DNA from: Camelus ferus
Taxonomy: Eukaryota
Length of the DNA: 64,000 nt
Reading direction: 5' to 3'
Assembly (NCBI RefSeq): GCF_009834535.1
Contig: NC_045696.1
Coordinates: 41,232,001 to 41,296,000, forward strand
In this document: in pieces, positions 1 to 14,377 of the stretch
How positions within the stretch are numbered: the first letter of the stretch is position 1
Layout: each line of letters begins with the position of its first letter
Translations under genes and position numbers: made by a program
The notes under the pieces: model-generated
Told to the model about the DNA's origin: nothing
What the model saw: the letters and a program-made list of their open reading frames with translations, nothing else
Database searches by the model: none

Positions 1-3000
1 CTAACAGCATAACAAAGTCACTCTCATAAAAGTGAGCAACTGAGACTGCGGTCCTAGAGGTAGACTGATGGTACAGATTAGTAACTTCCAAATGGGGACT
101 GTCAGCAGATGATGAAGATCCCAGAGCATTGTGGGAGTTCCTCATTGACCATTTCTGTTTTCTCTTTACCAGAGCAGGAAAGGTCTGGTAACTGTGAAGA
201 CTGATGATGCACCTATGGTAGCACTGGATACTGGTACCCCACGATTTTGGTAAGTAAGTCAGATAGTCTGCCATCATTGGAAAGCCCAGTGTGGGGAAAG
301 CACTATATGAGGAATGGTGGTTTAGTAGAAGCTCATTTCCTGCTCAACAGGGATTTATGATATAGCTGGGGACAGCGTTACTGAATACACAGTACTGCTG
401 CAAAAACTTTGAGTTTAAAACCATAGCAGCAAATAACAATTAACTAAATAATGAACTATACTCTCCTATAACTTGTTATTTTGAACTATAGAATTATGGG
501 ATGTTGGCACCTACTGCTTATGTAAGTTGCATAAGTTTTGCACATACTGTTTACATTGCCCCCTTGATAATTACCCTTTTATTAAAAATAAAATTATGCC
601 CTTAAAGTCTACTTAGAGATCTGCATAAATTTAACTTAAGGACATGTTTCTATGAACTTGCAGTTATCTTCATAATTTAAAAGATAGAATTTCTTTCAGA
701 ATCCTAGCTTTAGAATGTATATTCTTGGGCTTCGTAAATATATCTTTCATTTTTAAGGCTCTAAAGTGATAATGGCTTTTTCACAAATCCACCAACAATA
801 TAAAAATCTACCACCACCAACACAAAAGTATGTGCCTGTATTTCTTATTTTAAAACAGAGGATTTTAGAAATATTTCATTAACAGTAAAGACGTAAAAAA
901 ATCTACAAAGAACTAATACTGAATAATTGGTATCTTCTTTCCCCTCGGAGGGTTTTATTGCCTTATTATGAGATAATTCACTTAGAAAATACTTATTTAT
1001 TACAAAGATTGGGAACAACGCATTCTTGTCAATAGACCATGAAAATAATAATGAGGATAATACCACGTCTATCAGCCCTCCTGCTGTTATTGCTGACAAA
1101 CAGTAATTTAACAGCTTCTAATTTATGCTGAACAAACTCTCTAAGTTTTATACTCACAATAAATTGCTAACACTGCAAACTATCATTATTATTATTAAAT
1201 AAAAACCCTAAAGTTCAAAGAGGCTAATTATACACCTATGTTGGATATCTAGAACACAGCTGGTCTGCAATTTAAATCTATGTCAGGATGCTCTTGACGT
1301 AGAATGAAATGACACCTTTTAAATAACTTGAAGTTGTCCAAGGACCCAGGCTATGGCCAATTTCTGTGGTGCACCTATGTTGGTGTAGAAGAGACATGGA
1401 GAAGCATCTGAATTTGGATGTTTTTACTAGAGGTGAATATATGCTTGTCAATTACTGACAGAGGTCAACCTGGGAATGAAGAGTATGTTTCAGTCTCTTT
1501 TTATCTTTCTCACTCCTTTCTTGCAAAACCATTTTCCAGTGATGTGAGAATTAACCTCTCTCTTATCCAAGCTGCTGGTTTATAAAAGATTACATGTGAA
1601 ATCAAGTGGTATTTAATGTAACACAAAGAAATAAACAAAAATTGAAAAAATAGGACAGATCATTAGGGCATATGGTCCAACATTTAAATATAGACCAGGT
1701 GAGTAATGGTTAGGTATGGACTTATTTCTATTTAGAAAATACTATAGCTATAGATGTGGTCTTTATCCATGAAAATTATTATTATAAGTCCAGTATCTAG
1801 TGAAAGATCTCGTAATAATGTTATAAAAGTAATTGGTTAAAGTATATGCTTTTCATGATTCTTTGAGATTACAGGGTCATGTAAATTTTTAAAAAGTTAT
1901 ATGATGGAAGGAAAATCTAGAAAAGAAAATCCTTCTGCTTTAAAAAGTTGAATCAGCTATTACTGACACACTCAAGTGAATATGTATAGATTTTCAGATA
2001 CTTTAGATTAACCAGTTCTAACTTGATGTTCCTCTGTATTTAAGGCAAGTGAAATTTTATAGATCATTTGGTTTTGTGAGAACTAAGCCTCAGACTATCA
2101 CAGGAACTCCTTACTAGCATTGCATACGAATTGAGAGTTTTGAACTTTTTAATATGGGTAGATAATCAATAATTAGAGATTGATTTTTAGATGTTGGGAA
2201 GACAGCACCTACTGGCGTAGTTCCAAGTAAAGAAGCAAGACTAGTCAGATCCCCAGGAACCACAGGCAGCGGCTGCTTCTCAAAACAAAGGCAACCCTTG
2301 CACGAGAAAGGAAATACATAAAAAAAAAATTTTTTTTTTTAAAGCCAGCTAAGCAAAGATAAGCTGCTTACACTGAAAGTTGCCCAGAACAAAGGATTGT
2401 GTCTGAGGAGAAAGAGCTGCTGTTTCCTCCGTTACTCACAGAAAACTTTTTTGGCAGCTCCTTGAACCTCCCCTCTCCTCACCTTGCATTGTGTACTGCT
2501 TTCTACTCCCCCTGACAGCTTCTGGGTGGGCGCCTCCCCTCACTGTCCACCTGCCCCAGGCACAGGGAGGGGACATGAGCAGCGGGAACCTTGTGGATTC
2601 ACGCTGTTTGCTGTATCTTCTAGCTGATTTAGGCTGCTAGTCTTCCCACCCACCCCTCCCCTCTAGTTTGACTATCCTGTTCACTATGGAGAATTAAAAT
2701 CCCGTACAACAAATTCAAAGAACAACTTATTTTTTATAGTCATTTTTAAAGAAATTGGGTGAGTGATTAGCAGAATTAAAATCTTCTGAGATGAGCAGAA
2801 AATTGACCAGGAATAGAATTAAAAAAAAATTTAACAAAAATGACTGAAATAACTTTTAGCCTGCTTGAAAGTTCTAGGTCCATCTAGAAATTGGGATGGT
2901 GAAAGGAAAACAGACTTAAATACTATCAGCAGTGGTAACTTCCCATATGTTATCTGTAATTTTCTGGTAATGAAATGTGAAGGTATATCGAGTCTGGATG

Positions 3001-3265
3001 GTTTTGAAAAATCTCATCTCGATGGAAGGTATGCAACTTAAAGAGACCTGCCAAATTATCAGGGAGCCCATAGACAGGCCAGAGATTATCTTTCCCCATC
3101 TCATGACACTACTGATAACAGTGTGCCACAGGGACAGCAGAGTCTGCTAGGACCTGCTACTCCTGAGCTATGCCTCGCAGGTCATAGTTGGACTCAAGGC
3201 ACCACACTGAGGTATTGCATTGTCAGCTTCCCACCATAGTGACAGTCCTCATGCCATGATCTTAC

Positions 3266-3475
3266 CAGTGACAGTGTCATTTAATGGCTTATCCCAGTCC
3301 AAGATGACAAATGAAGGACACCCTTCCACAGTGACCACAGTGAGGTTGGTAGGTGGGTTCTGCGGGGGGCTGGTGGCATTCCCCTCGGTGGCCTCTTCTT
3401 TGGGGAATCGTTTGATGGAGTCAGTGATGGAGCAGGGCCTGTTGTCAGGCTTTTGGATATACCGCACGTGAGGAC
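3266..3475 (-). CDS. ABI3BP: ABI3BP exon (210 nt), start of C-terminal FN3 domain
   Basis: ctcttag|GTCCT...ACTG|gtaag; encodes GPHVRYIQKPDNRPCSITDSIKRFPKEEATEGNATSPPQNPPTNLTVVTVEGCPSFVILDWDKPLNDTVT; phase 1-1. Confidence 0.97.
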
Positions 3476-4332
3476 CTAAGAGAGAGACGACGCTGACACT
3501 GAGCATTTTTTGAGCTTGTAAGGAAGGTGGAGGTGAACTCATAAATAAAATTATCTGCTTGAGGACATTGGTCTGACATTTTAAGCAGATGGAATGAAAG
3601 CAGTGATGTGAATGGTCTGAATCTGTGAAAATCTGGAATCCTGTCTTTGGGATGCACGACATGCATGTTATTGTTGATTTACTCTTCTAAATAGGCGTAG
3701 CTTGCGCTCATATCCAAAAGAAACCTGGCTCCCCTGTGCACGGTTTAAACTGCATAATTTATGGGGCACTGGAAAGGGTACTCAAAAGGGTCTTGCCTTT
3801 GTGGTGAGGAATGATCAGCCCTCAGTAAACACAGTTCTGTTCCCACCCAGTAAATCTTAAAAGCTAGACTCAGAAGGATCAAGTGGTTTCAAGTTATTTA
3901 ACTGCACCCCAGAATAAAATCTAAGAAAATTCTAGGAATGAAAAATATATTCTGCACCCAACCAGGTAAAATTACAGGAAAATATTACCCACCATGAGGA
4001 GAAAAATAAATCATTTGAAGCCAGCCTAGAACTTGGGTCGATATTCGAATCATCAGACAAGGACAATAGAACAGTTACTATCACTATAATCCACATGGTC
4101 ATAAAATTAAGAAATGGAAGATATAAAAGAGATCCAAATTAAATTTCTGGAGATATTTAAAGGAAGCAGAGAAGAAAATACATGTTACATACAGAACAAT
4201 AAAGATAAGGATTGTGGCAGATTTGTCACTGGGAAGAATGCAAGTGAGAAGGCAGTAGAGCAATGACTGTGTAGACTAACAAGCCAAACCCAAACCCCTG
4301 TCATCTAGAATTCTGTAACGACTGAAAATCTC

Positions 4333-4503
4333 TCTTTTTTCTTTTCCTTTTCTTCCTTCCTTCCTTTTTCTTTCTTTGAGTGTGGGGAAGGTAATTAGGT
4401 TTATTTATTCATTTACTTATTTTTTAATGGAGGTAGTAGGCATTGAACCCAGGACCTTGTGCATGCTAAGCATGAGCTCTCCCACTGAGCTATACCCTCC
4501 CCC
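4333..4503 (-). mobile_element. tRNA-derived SINE (camelid Vic-1-like) inserted in the L1
   Basis: Reverse tRNA-like head (attgaacccagg...cactgagctataccctcccc) with T-rich tail; possible TSD ctgaaaatctct/ctgaaactatct. Confidence 0.85.
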
Positions 4504-5629
4504 CTGAAACTATCTTTACAAAAAGCAAAGCAAAATACTTTCTAGACATTCAAAAGCTGACAGAATTCATAAGCAGCCGACTCATCCCACAAGAAAAATT
4601 CAAATTCAAGGAAGTCCTTCCAGGCAGAAGGAAAATGGTGCCGGATGGAAATATGGCTCCACACAAAGGGATGAAGACCACTGGAAACAGTAACTCTATA
4701 GGTAAGTAAACATGATATTTTTATTATTTAATTATCTCAAAATAATTTGTTATTTAAACAAAAATAATAATAATTTAGTGTGATGTATATAATATGTAAG
4801 AGTAAACTGTATAATGACAACAGCCCAAAGGCCAGGAGGAGAGAAAAGCTCTATACTTGTGTAAGGTTCTTACACTGTGAAGTTGTCTGGAAAGGTAGAC
4901 TGTGGCAAGTTAAAGATGAAATCTATGAGCCCCAAAGCAACCACTAAAATAACAAAACAAAGAATTATAGCTAATAAGATAACCAGAAAGATAAAATGGA
5001 GTCATAAAAATACCCAGTCCAAAAGAAGGCTGAAAAAGAAGGAAAGAGGGAACGAAGAATAGAAAACAAACAGCAAGATGATGATAAATTTAAACTTAAC
5101 CATCTCATTAGTCACATTAACTGTAAGTTTCCAAACAGCCCAAATAAAACACAGAGATTGTTAGACTGGGTGAAAAAGCAAGACCCAACTATATGTTACT
5201 TATAAGAAAAACATTTTAAATATACAGAGACTAATAGGGTAAGAGTAAAAGGATGAGAAGAAGAGATACCATGATAACCTTTTTCAAAAGAAAGCTTGAA
5301 TGAATATAGAAGTATCAACAAATCAGATTTCAGAGCAAAGAATATTACCATAAACAGAAAAAGTCACTTAATAATGACAAAGGATCAATTCATTAGGAGT
5401 TTATTACAATCCTAAGTAATTTAGGTCTATACCTAAATGCAGGCCTTTAATATACATGTAGCAAAAACTGACAGAGCTGCAAGTAGAAATAAATCCACAA
5501 TCAGAGTCAGAGATTTCAGCATTCTTCTCTCATTAACTGATAGAATAAGCAGACAGAAGATCATTAGGGATATAAAAGAACTGCACAATGCAGCCAAGCA
5601 ACTGGACCTAACTGACATGTACAGAACAC

Positions 5630-5813
5630 TGTATGGTCTGAAATGTGTTTCCCTAAAATTCCTAGGTTGAAGCCTTAACTTCCAATGTGAGAAACCAAAC
5701 CTGGTACCTTGCTCGCAGACTTCTGGCCTCCAGAACTGTAAGAAAATAAATTTCTGTTGTTTAAGCCAGCAAGCCTATGGTATTTTGTATGGCAGCCCTA
5801 GCAAACACATACA
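5630..5813 (+). mobile_element. Internally deleted MaLR LTR (MLT1-like) nested in L1
   Basis: tgtatggtctgaaatgtgtttccctaaaattc...ttctggcctccagaactgtaagaaaataaatttctgttgtttaagcc...ggcagccctagcaaac are typical MLT1 termini. Confidence 0.75.
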
Positions 5814-8800
5814 TCATTCCACTTAAGAACAGCAGAATACACGTTCTTTTCAAGTACACTCAGAATATATATCAAGATAGACTATATTCTGGGCCATAAA
5901 AAGTCTTAATAAATTTAAAAGGATTCAAGTAATACAGAGTATCTGACAACAGTGGAGTTAAATTAGAAATCAGTAACAATAATCTCCAGAAAATCTTGAA
6001 ATATTTAGAAATTAAAAACATACTTCTAATAAGTCAAAGAAGAAACCAAAAGGGAAATTAAAAGTATTTTGAACAGAGTAAAAATGAAAACACAACATAT
6101 CAAAAATGTTTGGATGCTGCTTAAACAATATCCAGAGGAAAATTGGTGGCACTAAATTCCATATTAAAAAAGAAGAGAGATCCCAAATCAATAAGCTCAT
6201 CTTCTACCTGAAGAAATTAGAAGAGAAAATTAAACTCAAATTAAGCCGAAGAAGGAAACAATAAAGATCAGAGTAAAATAAATGAAAGAGAAAACAGAAA
6301 AGCAACAGACCGAAATCAATGAAACAAAAGGTTGAACTTGTCAGAAGATCAAAAGAATTGATAAACCTACAGCCTGACTGATTAGGCAAAAGAGAAAAAA
6401 GACACATTATCATAACAGGAATGAGAGAGGTGACATCAATACAGATTACACAGATATCAAAATAATAATCAGAGAATATGAACAACTTTATGCCAATAAA
6501 TTTGACAACTTAGATGATACAGACCAGTAACTTGAAAGACAAGAATTACCAAAGCTCACTACAGACAAAATATTCTGAACAGTTGCATATCTTTTAACAA
6601 AAGTAAATTATATGAAAAATCCTTCTCACAAAGAGAATGTGTGGTTCAGATGGCTTTACTGGTAAATACTACAAATATTTAGGGAAGCAATACCAATTCT
6701 AAACTCTTCCAGAAAATTGAAGAGGAGAGTTCAGCATTATTTTGATACTAAAACTTGTCCTAGACATTACAAGAAAACTATAGACAAATATCCCACACTG
6801 AATACAATTTCCATACAAAATTTTAGCAAATTGAATCCAACAGTACATTAAAATGAGAATGCACTATAACCAAGTAGAATTTGTCCCTGGAATGAAAAGT
6901 TAGTCCTAAAATTCAAGAATAATTACTCTATCATATTAATACACTAAAAAAAAACCATATAATCATCCCAAGAAAGGCAGAAAAATCATTAGACATAATC
7001 TAGCATAACAATTTCTCACTAAAGGAGGAACAGAAGAAAACTTTCTCAACCCAATAAAGGGCATCTATGAAAAACCTACAGGTAACACCATACTTAATGG
7101 TGAAAGACTAAATGCTTTTCCCATAAGATGTGGAACAAGAAAAAGATGCCCATCCTCACTATTTCTATTCAGTATTTTACTAGAGGTTCTTGCCAGTACA
7201 ATAATGCAAGAAAAAAGTTGGAAAGGAGGAAGTAAAACTTTCCTCTCAGATGACACGATTCTGTATGTAGAAAATCCAATGGACCTACAAAAAACAAAAC
7301 AAAAAACCCCCCAAAAACCAAAAAAACTTACAGAGCTTTGCAAGGTTGCAGAACACAAGATCAATGTACAAAAACCAGTTGTTTTTCTATGTATTAGCAA
7401 TGAATAATTAGAAACTGAAATAAGAAATACTACTTTCACAGTTGTCTTTACACTGAAAACTATAAAACACTGGTGTGAGAAATTGAAAAGACCTAAACAA
7501 ATGGTAAGATATACCATGTTTATAGATAGCAAGACTTAACAGTGTACAGCTGTCAATTTTTCCCAATGGAACTACACATTCAACACAATTCTAATAAAAA
7601 TCTAAGTAGGATATTTCTTTTTTAGACATTGAGAAGCTCATTTTAAAATTCAGATGGAAATACAAAAGGACCAGAGTCACCAAAACAACTTTTGAAAAAT
7701 AAGAATAATGTTAGAGGACTAACACAACCTGATTGCAGCACTTATCATAAAACCACAGTGATCCAGACATGGTGGTATGATGGAAAGGTAGATAAACAGA
7801 TCAGTGGAATAGACTACACAACCTCAAAACAGTTCCACATATATATGGACAACTGATTTTTGACAAAGGTACAAATAAAACTAAGTGGGGAAGGAATAGT
7901 TTTTTCAACAAATGATGCTGGAACAATTGGATAGTCATAAGCAAGAAAATAAACTTGCATTCATATCTTGTATCATATATAAAATTTGACTCAATAAAGA
8001 TCACAGTCCTAAATGTAAAAGTAGAACCCTTCTAGAAGGAAACAGAGGCGAAATTTCTACAAAGAAACAGAGGAGGGCTTTGTGACCTCTGATTAGTCAG
8101 TGATTTCTTAAATACAACACCAAAGATACAATCTATAAAAAACCAAACTGATAAACTGAGCCTCATTAAAATTAAAAAAGAGAAGCCACACACTGGGATA
8201 AAATAGTTGCAAAGCATGTATCTGAAAAAGGTCTTCCACCCAGAAAATATAAAAACTCTTATAACTCAACAATAAGAAAATAAGTAACTGCATAAAAAAT
8301 AGACAAAAATTTGAACAGACACATCAAAAAAGATAATGGATCATAAATAAGGACACAAAAGGATGCTCACCATCCTTAGTCATTAAGGATACGCAAAGTA
8401 AAATCATAATCAGATACTAACACACTAAAGTGGCTGAAATTAAGAAGTCTGACAATACCAAGAGCTGGCAAAGATGTGGAAGAACTGGAACTCTCACACA
8501 CTGCTGACAGGAAGGTAAAACATTACAACTGCTAAGGAAACCAGTTTGGCAGTTCCTTAAAGTGTTAAATATATACTTACATATGATCTAGCCACTTCCC
8601 TTATAGGAATTTGTTGAAAAGAAGTGAAAGCATATGCCTATACAAAGCTTTGGACATGAATGATCATAAGCAGCTTTATTGGTAAGGTAAAAATGTTAGA
8701 AACAACACAAATGTCATGAACAGATTTAATAAATTATTATACATCTGTATAATAGTATACTAGCTGAAGGAACAGACTATTGATACCTGTAGCAACCTGG

Positions 8801-9133
8801 GTGAATCTCCAAATAATTATGTTAGGTGAAAGAAATCAGAGAAAAAAGTTCATACTGTATTTTTTCACTTATATAAAATTCCAAAAATATATACTTAACT
8901 ACAATATGGCAGATGGTTACCCAGGGACTAGAAGTTGGGTGGGATGAGTGAGAAGGAGGGATTATGAAAGTACGTGATACAACTTTTGGAGGTGGTGCAT
9001 GTATTCATTATCTTGATTGGGATGATGGTTTCATGGATATATACATATGCTAAAATTTATCAAATTTAATACTTCAGAAAAACATATTACAAAAGGAAAT
9101 GCTGAGTTCTATATCACATAATACCTCTCCTAT

Positions 9134-9580
9134 TGCAGTAGATTAGATTATTGTTAAAAAATATTCTTTATGTCCATGGAAGGAGCATACTCCCCCAATC
9201 CTTGATTGGAGATATGGCTATGTGATATTCTTTAGCTAATGGATACTGGCAGGTGTAACATAAGAAAGCGCTTGAAATGTGGTTGTGTATTTGCACTCCC
9301 CCCTCTTCATTTTGTATTGTCATGAGAATGGCTTCTCCTGAGTCACTCCTGTTGATCCCTCATCCTAGGCACCAGAATGAGCAGATGTGTAGCAGACCTG
9401 AGCCCAACCTATAAGAGGTCCAGCTGTACCTGCTGCTAGAAGCAGAACCATCCAGCCAAGCATATCCTAGATCAGCTGATCCCCAGGCGAGTTGTAGACA
9501 CATAGGAAATAAATCCTTATCACAGTATGCTACTAAGATTTTTATGGCTGTTTATTACACAGCAACAGCTGACTCATACA
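9134..9580 (+). mobile_element. MaLR LTR (MLT1-type, old)
   Basis: MLT1-like 3' terminus aataaatcc...gctgtttattacacagcaacagctgactcataca. Confidence 0.65.
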
Positions 9581-9634
9581 CCCACCAAAAATAGCTTTGT
9601 TAAAATTGAGATTTGGAGCCAATCATACACATAC

Positions 9635-9703
9635 CTTTGAATCTGGGCTTCCCAAGAGGATCAGTTTCTCTTGTTGGACTTGAGCTAAAGTCAGTCATAT
9701 TAC
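9635..9703 (-). CDS. ABI3BP: ABI3BP exon (69 nt)
   Basis: ttctcag|GTAAT...AAAG|gtatg; GNMTDFSSSPTRETDPLGKPRFK; phase 1-1. Confidence 0.95.
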
Positions 9704-10214
9704 CTGAGAATGGAAGATACAATGAAAAAGTAGTAAAGACTACAAGTTTTTAATATGCCTCCTAGTCAACTGCTTGTAACTTTGATTTCTATTATTATTA
9801 TTATTACTATCATTGTCATCTACAATAAAAGTCTTTTGTGTCCTGCTGCAAGTGTTCTGGAGTGTAATAAGTAATTATTTAAAGATTACAACCAAGTAGC
9901 TAATGTTCACAGATAAATTAAGATGTGTAATTAGTAATGAAATGTGATTTAGTAAGAAGCATTGGCTAATCTAGACTTTTTAAGGAAGACTTTCTTAAAG
10001 ATCTTGGGCACTTTCTTCTGCATCTGCAAAGGGAAGGAGTACCTTCTATAACAAAGTATTAAAATGAAGCATAATTTTTAAATTAAAAAGTCTCATAATT
10101 ATCACAAAATTGAGTAAGATAGATGATCGAAAACTGGAACTCTTTTCTCTCTAATTTGAAATCCTTCAGTACTTCACAGCTAAGCATCCAGTGGGCAGTG
10201 ACTGACATACTAAC

Positions 10215-10343
10215 CAAGATCTTCTCCTGAGGCAGGAGCTGTTGGTAGCTTTCCATCCATCTCTGTTCTCTCCAAGGGAGCTTCAGTAGGTCTGAACGTT
10301 GCCCTCAAGGGTGGGGAAGTTACTCGGCCTGATGAAATGATTC
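10215..10343 (-). CDS. ABI3BP: ABI3BP exon (129 nt)
   Basis: ttacag|GAATC...CTTG|gttag; GIISSGRVTSPPLRATFRPTEAPLERTEMDGKLPTAPASGEDL. Confidence 0.93.
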
Positions 10344-10396
10344 CTGTAATGCAGAGCCAAAGTAGTCAGGCTTTAGAGGGATCCCTGCCAAGTTCT

Positions 10397-10870
10397 CCAT
10401 TCACTTATTCAAGAAATATTTATTAAGCACTTACCATGTGACTTGGCACTATGTGCCAGGATTGGAGAGAAAACAAGACCTGGTGTCCTTGATCGGGAGA
10501 GATGTGTGAGCCAATTATAGTGATGCATTATCGATATTGAGAAAGAATCAGATAAGGTCAGCAAGAGGGCACATCTATGGGGAAGAAGATGAGTGTTGGG
10601 TAGGGGGAGGGTAGGAATGTCTTCCCAGAGGATGCGCCAATGAAGAGGAGGAGTGATCAGGCAGTAGGCATGAGAGCTGTATTCCAGTTGGAGCTTGCAG
10701 GAAGAATCAAGTCAGGGAGGCATGAAATCACTTGGCATGTTTAATTTGAAGGGGTGAGAGAGCCAGGAGCTCTCCAGGGTGCAGAGGCAGCGGAGGGTGG
10801 AGGGGCAGGGAAGGCGGATCATGAAGGGCCTTGCATACTACGGATTTGGACATTATTTTTAGGTGACACG
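10397..10870 (-). mobile_element. L2 LINE fragment
   Basis: cattcacttattcaagaaatatttattaagcacttaccatgtg resembles a reversed L2 3' end, followed by purine-rich L2-like body. Confidence 0.55.
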
Positions 10871-11807
10871 GACCCACTAGGTTTTATAATCCTTCTGGGA
10901 AGAAGAATCATTCTCAGATAGTAAAGAGTCAAAGGGTACAAGACTGACCCCAGGACCGTGGCCCAGCATGGATTCATGGACAAGTGTTTCGAGGACTCCT
11001 AGAACATTGAGTTAATTTCCTGAATTCTGTATGCACTTTCTGCGAGGGCCATCAGGCCAAATCTGTACAACTGCCCTGGTTTTGTTTGACTCCTCAATGT
11101 AACCATTTCTTTTGAGTTAGAGGAGGATGGCAAGAGTTGTGGGGGGGGCTGGGTTAGAATGGGAGGCAAGACTGATGGGAGAGAACAAGGTTTTATTTGG
11201 AAGGAACCAAGCACATGGAGCTGCAGCTGAGGACACACAGGCTTGCAGAGGGGCTTTGTGGTGGGAGGTTCCCCGGACTCTTCCATGGGGGACACTTAGG
11301 TACCACTTTCTGTCTGTGACTCATCCAGTCTGACCCCAAAGCTGCGGAAACCTGAGTCACAGCTGCCCCAGGTTCTAATCAATGAGGAAAAGCTGGTCTT
11401 CTCCCTGGGCCCATGTCCCTGGGCCTCGACTCAAGAAGGCACCAGAGGCAGGGATGAGAGGCTGATTCCTCCTTCAGCTGATGGGAGAAACACTCCAGAG
11501 TTCACTGTGCCCATGGCACCTCATAAAAACTTCTCTATCTCCATCCCCTCCCTTCATCCTGAGAAAAGAGTGACATCCATTCTCTTTCTCATAAATCCTT
11601 ATCACTTTAATCTTTCATAGCTGCTTTACCACCTGTATCCTGCTTCTATTAAAAAAAAAATACATAGGAGGGAGACATGAGTGAAGAGAGAGGAAAGACA
11701 GGGCACGCACAGTGGTTTGGTGGCAGGTCCAGCAGAAGAACCCTTGAGAGAATTAAGGCGAATCTTTGCTCTGAACTTGGTCAGTTTTCTCTGATTCTTA
11801 ATTTCAG

Positions 11808-12150
11808 TCATATATTCACTCAGCAATTACTTACTAAGCATCCTCTATGGGCCAAGCAGTGGTTGGGCTCTGAGAATTCAGAGAATAGGTCCTATGTCAT
11901 CACAGAGCTCATGATCTAGTAGGGGAAGACTAGTCCACAAACAGGTATAGAACAATCTGCTCTTTGCTCTAACAGAGGTTTCTATCAAGAACAAGTGAAA
12001 CAGAGAAGCAATGCTAAGTCTAGTTTGGGGAGCTAGAGATGGCTTCTTTGAGAAAAAGGTGAATCATGGGCGTCACCGGTGACTGGGGGGGTCATTCTAT
12101 GGGAAGGAGACAACACTTGCCAAGGTACAGAGGTGAGAGGCAGATTGACT
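11808..12150 (-). mobile_element. L2 LINE fragment
   Basis: ttcactcagcaattacttactaagcatcctctatgggccaagc...agagctcatgatctagtagggga resembles a reversed L2 3' end. Confidence 0.5.
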
Positions 12151-12672
12151 TTTAAATACATTCCTGCCTTCTTGACAGGCTAGACCTGCCCCATCACCCT
12201 GAATATTTCAGTCCCCAGTCTTTCCCCTGGCACCATAACACTGAGGTCCACATAAAGGCTGGTGGGCCGGGGAGCTTTCAATGAGATGTATAGGATTTTA
12301 TTTCAAGAGACAGAATGTAAGTGGATGATATTTTCCATTACTCCTGGTGGGCGGGTAGCAAAAATCATCTCGTTCAAAATAATCCACTTTTTGAAGAACC
12401 TGAGTCAGCTTCTGTCTCAGCTCCAAGCACACGGCCTCCAAGAAGCAAACTGGCCCAGATGCACAAGGATGGTTTCTTTCACCCCTCCCACCCGGAATCC
12501 GGATATGAGTCCTCAAAGCTGTAATTTACAGAGTCTGATCTTAGGAGCCAATACAGGCACATGTCACATGCACCAAGGGCTTGCCAACTGCTTGAGCTAG
12601 CACACCAAGAAAGGCTTGTGCTTGGCTAGTAAAACTGAAATCAGGGAGGGAGAAGGAAGCTCTGTGACCCAC

Positions 12673-12777
12673 CTGTACTTCCTGGCTTCCCGGTGACATT
12701 ATTTGGCGGTAAAGGCTTTCTTCGTGGGGGCATGGGTCTAGGTGGCAAGAGTGGGCGGCGAGTGCCTGGGATTGGGG
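12673..12777 (-). CDS. ABI3BP: ABI3BP exon (105 nt; alternative acceptor gives 93 nt, 12673-12765)
   Basis: ctcttag|CCCCAATCCCAG|GCACT...ACAG|gtggg; (APIP)GTRRPLLPPRPMPPRRKPLPPNNVTGKPGST. Confidence 0.92.
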
Positions 12778-14299
12778 CTAAGAGATTACATTACAGATAA
12801 AATGGTCATAGGATTTACTCTATAAAAAATCACAGGTTTTAAAAAATATAGTGTTTGATAAGTAGCAGTTGGATGACAGAGAGTAGATTCTATACAAAAG
12901 TGCCTATGAGTAATATTATCTGACATTCTTCTAAATTAGTGTTTGTAATGTACCCAGGGATAATGAAGCACATTAGTGTACACAAATATTCTCTAATTAG
13001 AGATGAAAATGTATCAGTGCATTTGCCTTTTCAAAAACTTTACAGATGTATAGAATTTAACATCTTGAATTTCCCATACAGACTCAACAGTAGCATTTCC
13101 AAGCTTCATTATCTCCAACTGCCTTTGATTTTCAGACTACAGTTCTTACACCCTTTTAGCTTTAGACTGGTATAGCATATAATTTCTCCTCTAGTGTCTG
13201 CTACAAGCCATCCTCCAACTCTATTATGAAATTATAATTAAACACTTTCAGAACTTCTCAAATGATTATAACAAAGTAGACCTGATGGCAGAAACAATAA
13301 GCCTGTTCCCATGGAGAGCAGGGTCAGTACCAAGGGTTGTGCACTGCACAAGGGCAACTGGCCAGGGGGCTGTAAGCGGGAGGCAAAGTTTAACACCCAC
13401 TGTGCTCACTCACCCACCCATGAGCCCTGGGGCAAGGCTGCCAGCCCAGAATAAAGGGACATTTTTCTAAATTGTTTGCCTAAGGGCAGAAGGGAAGAGA
13501 TACCTTTTTATGACAAAGGCTGACAAGGCTAGAGGCATCCAGAACAGCCCACCTTAACTCAATTATTCTTTTAAGTCTTGTGTTATAGCTTAAAAATTCA
13601 TCTTTTTTTTGTATAATAAATCTTCAAGTAGAATTCACAATCCAGGGAAATGCCCTGTGGCTTTAAACACTTCCTTGGATATTAGGAATTGTGCATGTGT
13701 GTGCATGTTGTGTGTGTGCGCTCGGGGACAGTGAGTGGTGGTGACAGGATATAAATCTATAAATCTGTAGTCTAGGCATTCATACAACAGAACAGGTTTT
13801 ACAGAATCCTTTTAAAAAGCACAGAGTTCTTATTCAATTCAAAGACATTCCAGCTTCATAATTTTGACCTATTATACAGAGTACCATCTTAAACTAGGAA
13901 CATAAATCATTTCAGGCAAAAGCATATTATAACAAATCACGTAAGAGCAAAACTTGTATACAATGAAAATTAGAATCCACGTGACTTCTTCGGCGTTTGT
14001 CCATGGTGGCCCCTCAGAACGTTACGTGAAAGTAATTACTAAATTGGTGCCCCATTGGCAGTTTTTATTAATATTCAGTTTGTGCACAAGGCATTTTCAT
14101 TCCCCTGAAGGCAATATTTTAGTATGTTTGTCTAGCAATACCCATGTAGTGTTTGTTAGCATGGTTCTGATGCTTTGGGGACTGTGCGGATGCTGTTTTT
14201 TTTTTTCTTTTTTCTTTTTTCTTTTTCTGCAACAAATGATACTGTGGTTACACATTACAGAGCAGAGCTGAGTGAGGGAGTCAGTGCCTCACTCCTTAC

Positions 14300-14377
14300 C
14301 TGTTTTTTTTGTGGAGTAAGTAGAGTCCACTGACACATTTCTACCAGCACCGGATGGCAGTGGCGTCTGCTTGACCC
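14300..14377 (-). CDS. ABI3BP: ABI3BP exon (78 nt)
   Basis: ctcacag|GGGTC...ACAG|gtaag; GVKQTPLPSGAGRNVSVDSTYSTKKT. Confidence 0.93.

Larger units (their letters stand above)
3900..9075 (+). mobile_element. Old, degenerate L1 (L1M-type) LINE with ORF2 remnants and 3' end, antisense to ABI3BP
   Basis: A-rich + strand; decayed ORF2 motifs (endonuclease-region DLTDMYRTL, RT-region LSDDTILYVENP); L1M-like 3' end near 8800-9070; boundaries approximate. Confidence 0.85.

Noticed and set aside
3249..3662. 137-aa single-exon ORF
   Set aside because: Only 3266-3475 is ABI3BP coding sequence; the rest is intronic read-through past the splice sites
4877..8293. Cluster of ORFs on both strands
   Set aside because: Fragments and antisense frames of a decayed L1, not independent genes
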